Positions 7,926-17,809 are shown, numbered from the stretch's first letter. The stretch: DNA of 33,443 nucleotides from a virus (IMGVR_UViG_3300020045_015898:64001-97443), one strand, 5' to 3'. Notes: generated by a model not told the origin, from the letters alone. A program made the numbers and translations.

Positions 7926-10900
7926 TTAGAATCCACAACCTGCTTCATCTTGGAAATCATTATAAAAATCTGACAATGAATCTTCCTCGTTGTATTGAGC
8001 TAGATTAACATCATCATTGCTAACTTGATTAAAATCAGGAACTTTCTCAGTTTCTAATTGAACATCAAGTGTGCTAGTTGAATTATTAATTTCATCAAGA
8101 GCAGATAAATCTGCTTGTTCTTGCTCTATCGCTAATTCATTTGACAAATCTAATGAATTCATTCCCATTAATAGCATTCTTGGATCACTAATTTTAGGTG
8201 ATTCTGCAGAATCGTCTTTTCCAAAGATATCTTCAATAGTAAGTTCTTCTTCAACAGGATTCTTTGATTGGTAAATTTCTATAGCAAAACCAATAGAATC
8301 TTTTATTCTTTTAGCGGCTTCATCTTTATCAGTTACTAATAATGTTCTAGCTTTAGCTCCTTCAAATGGACCAACTAATCCCATAGATTCGAGCATATCA
8401 ATATATTTTCCAGCTTGATTGTACCCTAATTTCAATCCTCTTTGAATTGCTGAGGAAGAGCCTGAGCCATTTAGAATAACTACTTCTGAAGCCTGAATGA
8501 ATTTGTCAACTCTTTCTTTATCAGCTAAGCCTGACATGTCTACAAATTCCTGATAAATCTGATTAATCTCTTCATCAGATATCTCTCTAGCAGGAGCTTT
8601 TCCTTGCATAGCTTTAGCATATCTTTCGCTAGCTTCTTTAATTCCAGCTTTATTCTTTGCTGTAATTTCAGCTTGTATCTCTTTCTTTCTATCCAAAGGA
8701 ACTGTATCTATTGCTCTTTGCTCCTCTACAGTAAAATCAGTTATTGACTTGCCATTAATCATCTCTCTGACTAAGTCTTCTCCTGTTGTAGTTATTATTT
8801 CTTCAGAACCAACTTCTTCAGTTTTGCCTGTAAATTTACCGGTGTATTTTGCCATTACTTTGGCTCCAACTGACGATGTAGATAAGATTTCATTACCATT
8901 AGAAGCTGAGCCTGGAGTGATATTGATTATAGTATTTAATGCAGTCGCTGCATAAACCTGATTACCAATAGTTATTTTTTCATACTTAAGAAGTCCTGAT
9001 TTAAGTAAAGCTTTGTTGATTAATTTAAAGTCTTTCTTAGGATCTAATTCTTTACCAGTTTTTTCATTAACAACTATCCCTCCATCTTTAATAACTAAGT
9101 TAAAATTACTTTTAGAATCTTTCTTAATCACAACTTTTATTTCATTAGTATCCTGCTCAGGCAAGTTCGACATGTCGTCTTGTTTTCCTTTTGCAGCTTT
9201 TGCTACTACTGGAGCCGGCTGAGTTTGAACAACTACCTTTGTAGCAGGACCAGAAACTTTCTCTGCATTGTACTTGTCATTAACTGCTTGTTTTGCTAAT
9301 TCTGCAGTATCTCTTAATATTTCTACAGCAGTATTAGAAGAGTCATAGTATGTTGCGGCGAATTTACCATTGGTTGATTTGTCTGAATACGTACCAGCTT
9401 TTTCTGACATCTTTCTTCTTTCAGATTTAGGCTTTCCTCCTGGAACTGGAGGAGTGTGTTGTAATAGTTGAGCTGGATTAGAGACTGGAACTGGTTTAAC
9501 AGTGTCAGGAGCTTTAATATAAATATCAGTTTTACCTCCAAATAAAGGTCCATTGGTTACCGCATCAGTATTTATCAATCCAGAAGAGATTGCGTAATCT
9601 CTATATGCCGGTGAAGATTGCCATAATCCAACATTAAATTGTCTTCTTTTAGTGTTCATTAAAAACTCAACTAGTTTCTCATGATTGAATAAAGATTTTG
9701 GAGTAACTTTTAAATCTGCATTACTAAACTTTACCCACTCACCACTAATAAACAACTCTGAAGCTTTCCCTTCAGTTTGAGGAGATACGTATGTAAAGAA
9801 ATCTACTATATCCATTAGAGAAGGATCTGCTTTCTCCATGGCGTCCAACTCTTCTTTCATTGTTTCAAGAATTTTAAGTCTTGTTTCTTCCTTCATTTGT
9901 GACAAAGGAGTTTCAAACTTATTTTCTTTAGTGATTACAGAAGTCAACAATCCTGCTATTATTTCAGCTTCATTTTGACTATGCTTTTTAACATTAAGTT
10001 TTAATGGAAATTTAGTTCCATCAGCTTTTGGTACTGATAAAAATATTGTACCTCTCATTGGAGTCTTTGCCCCAGTAGTTCCTGTAAGTAAAGGAAGTGT
10101 TAATTGTCTACCTATAAATTCTTTATGACGCTCACCATCCATATTCATTAACTCTCCGAATTCATTTGTGTACATTAAGCTTTCTTCTATAGCTTGAGTT
10201 ACTTGATTTGGTGATGCTTCAGCTCCTTTTAAATCAAACAATTCATCCATTATTGGACCTAAGTGTTGTAAATCACCAATTTTATTTTCTGGTATTACTC
10301 CGTCAATAGCTGGTGCCGCATTAACTTTTCCTCCGTATTGAACAGTTACTTTTGAAGTAGTAGTTTTAGATGGATTAGAATTCATTTGATCTATAAATGC
10401 TTTTCTAATAGGAAAATCTTGTCTAGCCCAAGCTGCTTCGTATCCTGAATTTTGCCCTTCAAGTCTAGCTGACAAGAATGCATTTCTTTCATCAAACTCA
10501 GTGTCTCCGTCTTGCTTATCTATTACTACTTTTAAAGGAAGGTGATTGTATACGTTTGCATTGATGATTCCATTATTGAAGTCGTCTATAGCTTGTTTTA
10601 CTAATTGAGGTTGCTTCGCTCCTGCATAAACTACTGTTCCTGGCTGAATAGTAACCTGAGTTCCTATTTTGTTTTTTCCATTCAACATCCAGTCATTGTA
10701 ATTTTTATTGCCAGTAGCTCCATAAATACTAGTATTCTCTGATGCTTCTGACATTTTTTTCTTAGCAATGTCGCTTTGTTTAACCATGGCTCCATGAATA
10801 TCAACCTCTTCTCCAGCAAGTTCATCTTCTAAATTTTTTCCTACTGGAATTATATTATTATCTGGAACAGCTGCCGGATTGTTTATAGCTGAAGCCTGTG

Positions 10901-13235
10901 ATTCTTTAGTAAGAGTTGATTTATGCTCGTCTTGCTTAGCTTTAGCGGCACTATTTTTCTCTTCTATAGCTATCTCATCAATTCTTTTATCTACCAACGC
11001 GTGTAGTTCAGCTTTCTTTTCTTTTGAAGTTTTTGTGTCTTCATCAATATTAGCTTTAGCCTGCATTGCCTGTTCTACTGATTTAAGACTCTTAACTCTA
11101 TTTCTCATTTGAACCATTCTTAATTCTGCCTGATGAGATTTAGATTGAAGCTTAATGTTTTCTTTTTGCATCAAGTTTATAGCGTCAGTAAGTAGAGTAT
11201 GCTCTGTAGCTTTTACTATAAGGTCCTCAGAAGATTGCTCATATCCAGCGCCAATTAACTTGTCGCTATCTTTCTCATCTTTTGTTCTTGGATCGTTTGA
11301 ATTAAGTTCAACCATTTTAAGATTTAACTTGTCAATTATCTTTTTATTCTTGTCTATTAAGGCTTGTCTGTTTTCTATCTGATACTTTGATTCAGTATTT
11401 TTCATTGCAGCTTCGTGAATCTCATTTGCTTTTTTAAGAGCAACTAAATTTCCTTTTGTTGAGAATTTATCCTGATAATGACTAGTTAATTTGTCTGCAT
11501 TAGGAACTGAATCTTTTATGTTTTGAATCTCCTTAGTAACTTCTTTTGTTCTATTATCAAATGATTTTACATAATGGTCATTTGAAGCCATTTTAGCGGC
11601 AATATTACTATCGTACTTATTGGAATGCTTAAGATAACTTTCTCTTATGCTATGAGCTTGCGATATCAAGCTAGGAACGTATTTCTTAAACAATTCAGGA
11701 TCTAATTCAATACCTAAATCTTTTTCAAATCCAGCTTGCTCAGCTTGAGACATTTTTGACATTCCTTGTAAGGATTCAATATACTCAGCAAATTTTCCGT
11801 TATCGATAGCATCTACAGCCATGTGTACTCCAGAACCGTCAATTGCAGCTTGTCTTTTAACCGGATCTCCAGATTGGTCAGCCTTTGCAATTTCATTCTG
11901 CATTAATTGAAATGAAGCTCCGCGTCTAGTAATATAATCTCCTTGTATACTAGCATAATTTGCTTCTGCATTTTTTCTTTCTGTAGATTTAAATAATTCA
12001 GACGTTCCTTTCCCGGCCGCTTGAAATATATTTCCACCTAATCCTCCCCAGAAGGCAGAAGTAAGCATTTCCTTGTCGCCAATTTTAGAACTTGTTTTTT
12101 GATCGTATTCTTTTTCAGTAATCAATCCTGCTTTTAAATCAGAAAGTAATTTACCTCTCTCAGCTACATAATATTGGTAAGATTCTTCCGCACCCTCTGA
12201 TGCGAATGTCGCACCTCCGGCCATTAATGCTTCTTTTATTCCTGGTTTAACTCCACTTGCAGTTATTTCAGCAATCTTAGATTCCATCTTCATGGACACT
12301 GGATTGAATACTTTTCCTAATGCCAAGTATTGAGGTATGTCTTGAAGCAACATCGCCCAGTCAGATCTGTAAGTAGACGAAGCTCCTTCTGATGCCAATT
12401 GAGTTGCTTCTTCTTCTGTGAAGTACTCTTTAGTTTTTGGATTAATTCTAGACTGAAGTGATGCTTTTTGTTCGTTAAATACTCCTGAAGCTTCCATAGA
12501 GTTCTCTATGTGTCTTGAAACTATAGCTTGAGTAATTCCTTCTGCCATCCATGTTTCGTACTTACCCATTCTTGAAGCTATATCTAAAGATTTGCTGATT
12601 ATACCGGCTCCTTTAGAAGCAGTTTTACCAAGCATTCCTAATACTTTAGTTGCGGCTCCGGAAGGAATAAGCATAGACAATGATGAAGCAACAGAAACTC
12701 CGTTACTAAACCACCATCCGGAATCTCCCATTCCAGAATCTTTTACTTGATGAATAGCCATATTCTCTTGAGCAAATTCACGAGTGTCTTTACCAAGTTC
12801 AGTCATCCAGTTTCCCCAGTTTTGCTCTGTTCCTCCAAGATAATCTATAGCACTTCCTATCTCTCCAATATAACCAAGTCCTTCTATAGTACCACCAATA
12901 ACCTCTCCAATAACAGCTTGCCCAACCATGTTTCTTGCTTGCTCAAACCATCCTTGTTGATTGGCTCTATCTTCATTAAGAGCCTCAACTCCTCCTGGGC
13001 CAAGAACTATGTTGCCTCTGTTATAGTCAGTTTTGTAATCTTCAACATCAATACCTACGTGATAATTAACGTCTCTTTTACCTAAGCTTTTTCTATCAAT
13101 TCCACCAGGAGCAACGTCGTACTCCTGTGGTTTTAATTTTGGTGCTTTTACTGGCGGATCTATTTTTGTACCTTTATCAATTGTCTTAACTGATTCTTCG
13201 GAACTAACTATATTAAAATCTTTTTCTTCTGCCAT
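7926..13235 (-). CDS. Large ejected virion cargo protein (phi14:2 gp65-like position) with C-terminal FtsK-gamma domain
   Basis: 1769 aa. N-terminal Gly-rich hydrophobic helices, long coiled-coil region, and a C-terminal string of small domains including SSSAIQRGLKLGYNQAGKYIDMLESMGLVGP. Lies directly upstream of the vRNAP gene. Confidence 0.75.
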   Translation of the reverse strand: MAEEKDFNIVSSEESVKTIDKGTKIDPPVKAPKLKPQEYDVAPGGIDRKSLGKRDVNYHVGIDVEDYKTDYNRGNIVLGPGGVEALNEDRANQQGWFEQARNMVGQAVIGEVIGGTIEGLGYIGEIGSAIDYLGGTEQNWGNWMTELGKDTREFAQENMAIHQVKDSGMGDSGWWFSNGVSVASSLSMLIPSGAATKVLGMLGKTASKGAGIISKSLDIASRMGKYETWMAEGITQAIVSRHIENSMEASGVFNEQKASLQSRINPKTKEYFTEEEATQLASEGASSTYRSDWAMLLQDIPQYLALGKVFNPVSMKMESKIAEITASGVKPGIKEALMAGGATFASEGAEESYQYYVAERGKLLSDLKAGLITEKEYDQKTSSKIGDKEMLTSAFWGGLGGNIFQAAGKGTSELFKSTERKNAEANYASIQGDYITRRGASFQLMQNEIAKADQSGDPVKRQAAIDGSGVHMAVDAIDNGKFAEYIESLQGMSKMSQAEQAGFEKDLGIELDPELFKKYVPSLISQAHSIRESYLKHSNKYDSNIAAKMASNDHYVKSFDNRTKEVTKEIQNIKDSVPNADKLTSHYQDKFSTKGNLVALKKANEIHEAAMKNTESKYQIENRQALIDKNKKIIDKLNLKMVELNSNDPRTKDEKDSDKLIGAGYEQSSEDLIVKATEHTLLTDAINLMQKENIKLQSKSHQAELRMVQMRNRVKSLKSVEQAMQAKANIDEDTKTSKEKKAELHALVDKRIDEIAIEEKNSAAKAKQDEHKSTLTKESQASAINNPAAVPDNNIIPVGKNLEDELAGEEVDIHGAMVKQSDIAKKKMSEASENTSIYGATGNKNYNDWMLNGKNKIGTQVTIQPGTVVYAGAKQPQLVKQAIDDFNNGIINANVYNHLPLKVVIDKQDGDTEFDERNAFLSARLEGQNSGYEAAWARQDFPIRKAFIDQMNSNPSKTTTSKVTVQYGGKVNAAPAIDGVIPENKIGDLQHLGPIMDELFDLKGAEASPNQVTQAIEESLMYTNEFGELMNMDGERHKEFIGRQLTLPLLTGTTGAKTPMRGTIFLSVPKADGTKFPLKLNVKKHSQNEAEIIAGLLTSVITKENKFETPLSQMKEETRLKILETMKEELDAMEKADPSLMDIVDFFTYVSPQTEGKASELFISGEWVKFSNADLKVTPKSLFNHEKLVEFLMNTKRRQFNVGLWQSSPAYRDYAISSGLINTDAVTNGPLFGGKTDIYIKAPDTVKPVPVSNPAQLLQHTPPVPGGKPKSERRKMSEKAGTYSDKSTNGKFAATYYDSSNTAVEILRDTAELAKQAVNDKYNAEKVSGPATKVVVQTQPAPVVAKAAKGKQDDMSNLPEQDTNEIKVVIKKDSKSNFNLVIKDGGIVVNEKTGKELDPKKDFKLINKALLKSGLLKYEKITIGNQVYAATALNTIINITPGSASNGNEILSTSSVGAKVMAKYTGKFTGKTEEVGSEEIITTTGEDLVREMINGKSITDFTVEEQRAIDTVPLDRKKEIQAEITAKNKAGIKEASERYAKAMQGKAPAREISDEEINQIYQEFVDMSGLADKERVDKFIQASEVVILNGSGSSSAIQRGLKLGYNQAGKYIDMLESMGLVGPFEGAKARTLLVTDKDEAAKRIKDSIGFAIEIYQSKNPVEEELTIEDIFGKDDSAESPKISDPRMLLMGMNSLDLSNELAIEQEQADLSALDEINNSTSTLDVQLETEKVPDFNQVSNDDVNLAQYNEEDSLSDFYNDFQDEAGCGF

Positions 13236-13246
13236 GTTTTTATTTA

Positions 13247-15478
13247 TTATCGTTGATAAGCATCTAGTATGTCTATAACCGCATCTACTCCTCCTGCTGG
13301 AAGGCCTTTACTTTTAACTACATCTTTTCCGCCACTTTTATTATATCTGTCTTTGTCTATCTTATAAACTACAAAAGATTCTGACCCTTCATCTTCTTTT
13401 CTTATTTTCTCAACATAAAGTAATTGACCGTCCTTGGTTTCTTGATTAGGAATAACTCCATGAGAAAATGATTGTTGATGAATTCCCATTCCTCCTACGT
13501 CTCCTGCATAATATGAATTCTTAATCATTCTGTCTCCATCGTTTTTGTATGCTCCTGAATTAACTAAAGATTGTCCAACTTGTCTTTGAAGGATTTTACC
13601 TTGCTCTCCTCTTGTTATGGCTCTTGCAGCAAGGAACGTTCCGTCTTTATCTTTAGCAACTAAAGTTTCAATTGGATTTCCAGCTAAATCATAACCATTT
13701 GTTGGCATTACGTAATACTTAGTTCCTTTTGGTTGTGCATCTCTAAATTCATCTAACGATGCTCCTGAATTAGCTTCTTTCCACCCTTGACCTCCTCTAG
13801 CATTAAATGAATCAGTAAGTGCTTTTTGAGCCGCTCCTGTAACACTTGAATACTTACCTGTTGATGATCCATCGAATGTCTGATAACTTGCTGCTGCAGG
13901 ATTATCTTTAAGGTAATTTTTAGCTTTCTTTTCGTAAGAATCAGTTTTATCAAGATACTCTCCGTAAGCTTGGTTAATGTTTCCATTTTTAGGAAACAAC
14001 AATCCTTTGTTAAGCATTACTAATTTTTTTACTTCAAATTTATATGCGCTTTCGTTAGGTATAATCATCATTGAAAGTTTCGTTCTTTGAGAATCAGTAA
14101 GTCCTAGCTTTTTTTCTTGAGCATTTCTATAGTCTCTTTGCACTAGTTCTCCTCCAAAAAGTCCTCTAATTTTTTCTCCAAAAGAAGGAGCGTTTTTAAG
14201 CATGTTGTCTATTCTATTATCAATGCTAGCGCCTTCTGCCACTCTTCTTCTATCTATATTATTCATGCCTGCATTAGATCTTTCGTAAATTGCATTAAGA
14301 TTAGAAGATAAATTTTGATATTTAATACCGGCTTGTTGATTTGCATTATTTAATCTATTCCATTCGTCATCAGTTCTTGGATCAATTCCTTTTCCTTTAA
14401 GAGCTTCGGCTTTCTTTCTCAATTGATAAGAAGTAGAATCTATTTCTCCTTTAGCTATTCCAAGATTAGATTTTAAATCCTCGTATTTAACAGGAGGAAT
14501 ATCTAACAATCCTGAATCAGCAGCAATAACCATATCGTTTGCAGCTTTCTCGTCTAAACCTCTATTCATCATTGCTATTCCTACGTGATCTGTAACCATT
14601 GTATATTTAGCATCTTCTTTTCTGTAAGCAGCGCCTGTAGCCGCGCCAAGTAGTTGGGCGCCGAAGTAGGATTTAGGAACAAATACTTCTTTACTAACTC
14701 CGTCTTTCTTTACAATTTGGTATTCACCAATATTTGTTGGGTCTTTTTCTCCAGAAAAGGCAGAAGATTGTTTTAACGATGCTTGTAATTTATGGTCGTA
14801 TTGAGCTTGAAGCGCCAATGCTTTAATTATTTTAGAAGCATCTTTATGCTCTACAGTACCGCTTTTCCATGCAGTTTCGAATTGAGCAACAGTTCCATAC
14901 TTTTGAAGCATAATTGGATCTGTATCTGCGGCAACTTTGGCAATATTGTCATTGATCCATTTATTAGTATCAACATAATCTTCAAGTTCTTTTCCTGAGA
15001 AAGAATTAAATTTTCCTGCTCCGGCATCAGTTCCTTTAAATGAAGCAACTTGAGCTTGAGCCCATTTTTTTGCTTCAGAAGGAGACCATCCGGCCTGTCT
15101 TTCTTTTTTTTCAGTAAGATCTTTAACGAATGCTGAAGCTGAAGAGTAATTTGCTTGTGCGTTACCAATCAATCCTTGTTGTCCGAATTCTTTTTCTTTA
15201 GACCTCTTAAGTTCATTAAGTTTAGCCATAGTATTTCTATCAACCCCTCTATCTAATAAAGTAGCTGTTATTTTATTTGCCTCACCTCTCAAGCTTTCTA
15301 ACTTTCCAGTGACAGCCTCTCTGTCTTGTTCTAGACTAGATGCTTGTAATGCAGCATATTCATTAGCAGCACTTTGCGCTTCATCATGTTGCTTTTGCTT
15401 AGCCATTGGAATCATCATTATTGTCTGTAAATCCAGAGGTTTAAATGATCCAGTGCTTAGTGATGTGTATCTATTCAT
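13247..15478 (-). CDS. Virion cargo/ejection protein (crAss-like, helical N-terminus)
   Basis: 743-aa ORF starting MNRYTSLSTGSFKPLDLQTIMMIP; lies in the cargo block between the muzzle and the RNAP. Function from synteny only. Confidence 0.6.
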   Translation of the reverse strand: MNRYTSLSTGSFKPLDLQTIMMIPMAKQKQHDEAQSAANEYAALQASSLEQDREAVTGKLESLRGEANKITATLLDRGVDRNTMAKLNELKRSKEKEFGQQGLIGNAQANYSSASAFVKDLTEKKERQAGWSPSEAKKWAQAQVASFKGTDAGAGKFNSFSGKELEDYVDTNKWINDNIAKVAADTDPIMLQKYGTVAQFETAWKSGTVEHKDASKIIKALALQAQYDHKLQASLKQSSAFSGEKDPTNIGEYQIVKKDGVSKEVFVPKSYFGAQLLGAATGAAYRKEDAKYTMVTDHVGIAMMNRGLDEKAANDMVIAADSGLLDIPPVKYEDLKSNLGIAKGEIDSTSYQLRKKAEALKGKGIDPRTDDEWNRLNNANQQAGIKYQNLSSNLNAIYERSNAGMNNIDRRRVAEGASIDNRIDNMLKNAPSFGEKIRGLFGGELVQRDYRNAQEKKLGLTDSQRTKLSMMIIPNESAYKFEVKKLVMLNKGLLFPKNGNINQAYGEYLDKTDSYEKKAKNYLKDNPAAASYQTFDGSSTGKYSSVTGAAQKALTDSFNARGGQGWKEANSGASLDEFRDAQPKGTKYYVMPTNGYDLAGNPIETLVAKDKDGTFLAARAITRGEQGKILQRQVGQSLVNSGAYKNDGDRMIKNSYYAGDVGGMGIHQQSFSHGVIPNQETKDGQLLYVEKIRKEDEGSESFVVYKIDKDRYNKSGGKDVVKSKGLPAGGVDAVIDILDAYQR

Positions 15479-15513
15479 TATCTATATTTTAGAAGATTTT
15501 ATTGTCTTGACTA

Positions 15514-15521
15514 CAAAAGTA
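15514..15521 (-). promoter_or_regulatory. Putative Bacteroidota-type -7 promoter element (TACTTTTG)
   Basis: Matches TAnnTTTG about 35 nt upstream of the 743-aa gene and downstream of a terminator hairpin; no -33 TTG at the usual spacing. Confidence 0.4.
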
Positions 15522-15571
15522 ATTATAAAATTAGTATTATACGTGTTTTTCTATATCACTTTGTTATTATT

Positions 15572-15616
15572 ATACAAAATAACCAACGAGTTAAGCTAAG
15601 CTAGTCTCGTTGGTTA
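15572..15616 (-). terminator. Probable intrinsic terminator after the 720-aa gene
   Basis: 11-bp perfect inverted repeat TAACCAACGAG/CTCGTTGGTTA (15580-15590, 15606-15616), 15-nt loop, followed by TTTTG on the minus strand. Confidence 0.65.
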
Positions 15617-15635
15617 AGTTTAATTTATTTTATTA

Positions 15636-17798
15636 TTAAGCTTTTTTGGTAGAATCTACTTGATCTTTAAGCTTTTTATACTTTCCTTTCCAGTCATAAT
15701 CAGCTCCCATCAATTCAGGGAACTTCTTATACAGTTCTTCTTGACCTACAGCTCCTAAGTCTGCCGCAACTGCAGTTTTTAATCTGCTTTTTTCAGTGTC
15801 ATAAGCACCTTTATTTCTTGCTCTAATATCCTGAGCAAGAGTTTGTTGTTGAAGATTAGTTGTGTCAACTCCAAGATTAAATGATTGTTCTTGAGCATTC
15901 TCTCTAGCGTTTGCTTCTTGACTCTTCATAAATGCATCGCTTAATGCTTTTGTTGCATTTAATTGCGTGCCTAGTAAATTTGCTCTTGCAGCATTTCCAG
16001 AGCCTTCAGAAGAACTCAATATTGCTTCTCTATTACCTGCAGTTTCTTCTCTAACTAAATTAATCAATCCTTGTTCGTCTACTACATTTTTTTTATATCT
16101 AGTACTTAATTCAGGAGTTGTTTCTTGTTCAGGTTTCTTTAGATTAGCTAATTGCATTATGTTTCCAATTACAGGAGCGTATCTTAAAGAGTCTTTATTA
16201 TCAAGTACTGCGTCTTTAATTTTATTTGCTACTGATTTAGGTTGTTTTGATTTCCAGTCATCATAATACTTGTCAAGACTCTCTTGAACTCCAGTGACTC
16301 CAGTTGCATCAGTTGCATCAGTTTCTTTTTTTATTAAGCTCATCAAGTCTGCATCCATCTCCTTAGATACGCTTGGCTTTATAAATTTTCCATCTGCTCC
16401 ATATCCGGATGTTTTTACAACTGCTTTTACAGTTTTTGTTTTTGAATTATGTTTATGTCCTTGAGGTCCTCCTTCGTGAAACTTATTTAAATTTCCTCCC
16501 ATATTAAATTGATTGTCGTTGACTGCGGCATCTGCGTAAGTTGCATTTCTGTTAGCAATATTTGCATCTTTCTGTTGTTTCTTTGCTCCTATTATACCGG
16601 CTGCTCCTCCAATTACTGCTCCTGCTGCTGCTCCCCAAGGTCCTAATGCCATTCCTGCAGAAGCTCCTTTTGTAGCTCCAGCAAATGCTGCATTACCAAC
16701 TTTTTTACCTTCAACTTTGACTCTACCTGATGTGTCCACTCCTGTTGGACCAAAAGCTTCTTTACCAAGTTCTAATGCTGTAGCTCCCATTTTAGCATAT
16801 CCCATTACTCCTGGTCCACTTGATCCTTCTTGAGTTCCTGTTTCCGCTGAAATACTAGATTCTGTAGAATTGATTGGCCCCATTGAAGGTGACTGCATTG
16901 GATTTACCTGTCCTGGATTTAAAGTAAAGTAAGGATTGTTATTTTTATAATATTGATTTTGATCTCCTCCAAGATCGAATTTATTGCTTTCTTCTTCTCC
17001 TGTAGCTTTAAAATTACTTGCAGTATTAGCTAAGGACATTATTGATGAAGATATCGGTTGATTATTAGCTTGAATTATAGGAGAAAATCTTTGTTCTGCA
17101 GTTTCTGGCATGAAATGCATATCGTCTTCATCTCCTCCTAATGCCATTTTACTTTGTCCTTGCATGTAAGCTTTCCATTGAGGTGTTCTTTGAACTGCCA
17201 TCATTTCTTCTTGATTAACGAATTCTCTGTGTCTCAATGGATCGAACCCTGCTTCTCCTGCGTTTTTACTGTATAAGTAAAATCCACTTTTTCCAGTTTC
17301 TCCAGAAGTAACTCCGGGTTGATATCTCACAATTTGCTTTGTATCAAAATCCATATTATCATTAGTTGGCAAATCACTTATACCTGTAAGCCCTACAACT
17401 TTTCCCTTTATGTTTGACTTAGGAACTGGAGTTTCTTCGCCTGGACCACCGTAAGCATATTGATTACCTCCATAAGCGTTTTGTATTTGACTCATTAAAT
17501 CTTCTTCTGAACTTTGCTCTTGATTATACTCTTGAGTTATTTCATTTTCATCTAAAGGCATTCCTTCTGAACCAGCGACTAAGTCTCCTCCACTTCTTTC
17601 CGGCTGCTCTTGAGCTTCTTTTTGTGCTTTTACATGCTCTTGCATTTGCTTAAGCCTGTCAAGCATTTCTTTTTCAGTGTTTATTGATTCAGGATCAGTT
17701 CTTTCTTTGAATTTAGATTGAATCTTCTTGCTAGCATCTGCGAAGCTAAGTCCGTCTATGTATCTAGGAAGCTTAAATTGTTCTAACATTGTGTTCAT
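15636..17798 (-). CDS. Cargo protein 1-like ejection protein with glycine-zipper membrane segment
   Basis: 720 aa. Low-complexity regions with repeated [FYM]xxGG motifs and a hydrophobic GASAGMALGPWGAAAGAVIGGAAGIIG segment. Position after the muzzle resembles crAss001 C1 as recalled. Confidence 0.65.
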   Translation of the reverse strand: MNTMLEQFKLPRYIDGLSFADASKKIQSKFKERTDPESINTEKEMLDRLKQMQEHVKAQKEAQEQPERSGGDLVAGSEGMPLDENEITQEYNQEQSSEEDLMSQIQNAYGGNQYAYGGPGEETPVPKSNIKGKVVGLTGISDLPTNDNMDFDTKQIVRYQPGVTSGETGKSGFYLYSKNAGEAGFDPLRHREFVNQEEMMAVQRTPQWKAYMQGQSKMALGGDEDDMHFMPETAEQRFSPIIQANNQPISSSIMSLANTASNFKATGEEESNKFDLGGDQNQYYKNNNPYFTLNPGQVNPMQSPSMGPINSTESSISAETGTQEGSSGPGVMGYAKMGATALELGKEAFGPTGVDTSGRVKVEGKKVGNAAFAGATKGASAGMALGPWGAAAGAVIGGAAGIIGAKKQQKDANIANRNATYADAAVNDNQFNMGGNLNKFHEGGPQGHKHNSKTKTVKAVVKTSGYGADGKFIKPSVSKEMDADLMSLIKKETDATDATGVTGVQESLDKYYDDWKSKQPKSVANKIKDAVLDNKDSLRYAPVIGNIMQLANLKKPEQETTPELSTRYKKNVVDEQGLINLVREETAGNREAILSSSEGSGNAARANLLGTQLNATKALSDAFMKSQEANARENAQEQSFNLGVDTTNLQQQTLAQDIRARNKGAYDTEKSRLKTAVAADLGAVGQEELYKKFPELMGADYDWKGKYKKLKDQVDSTKKA

Positions 17799-17809
17799 AT
17801 ATTTTTTTA

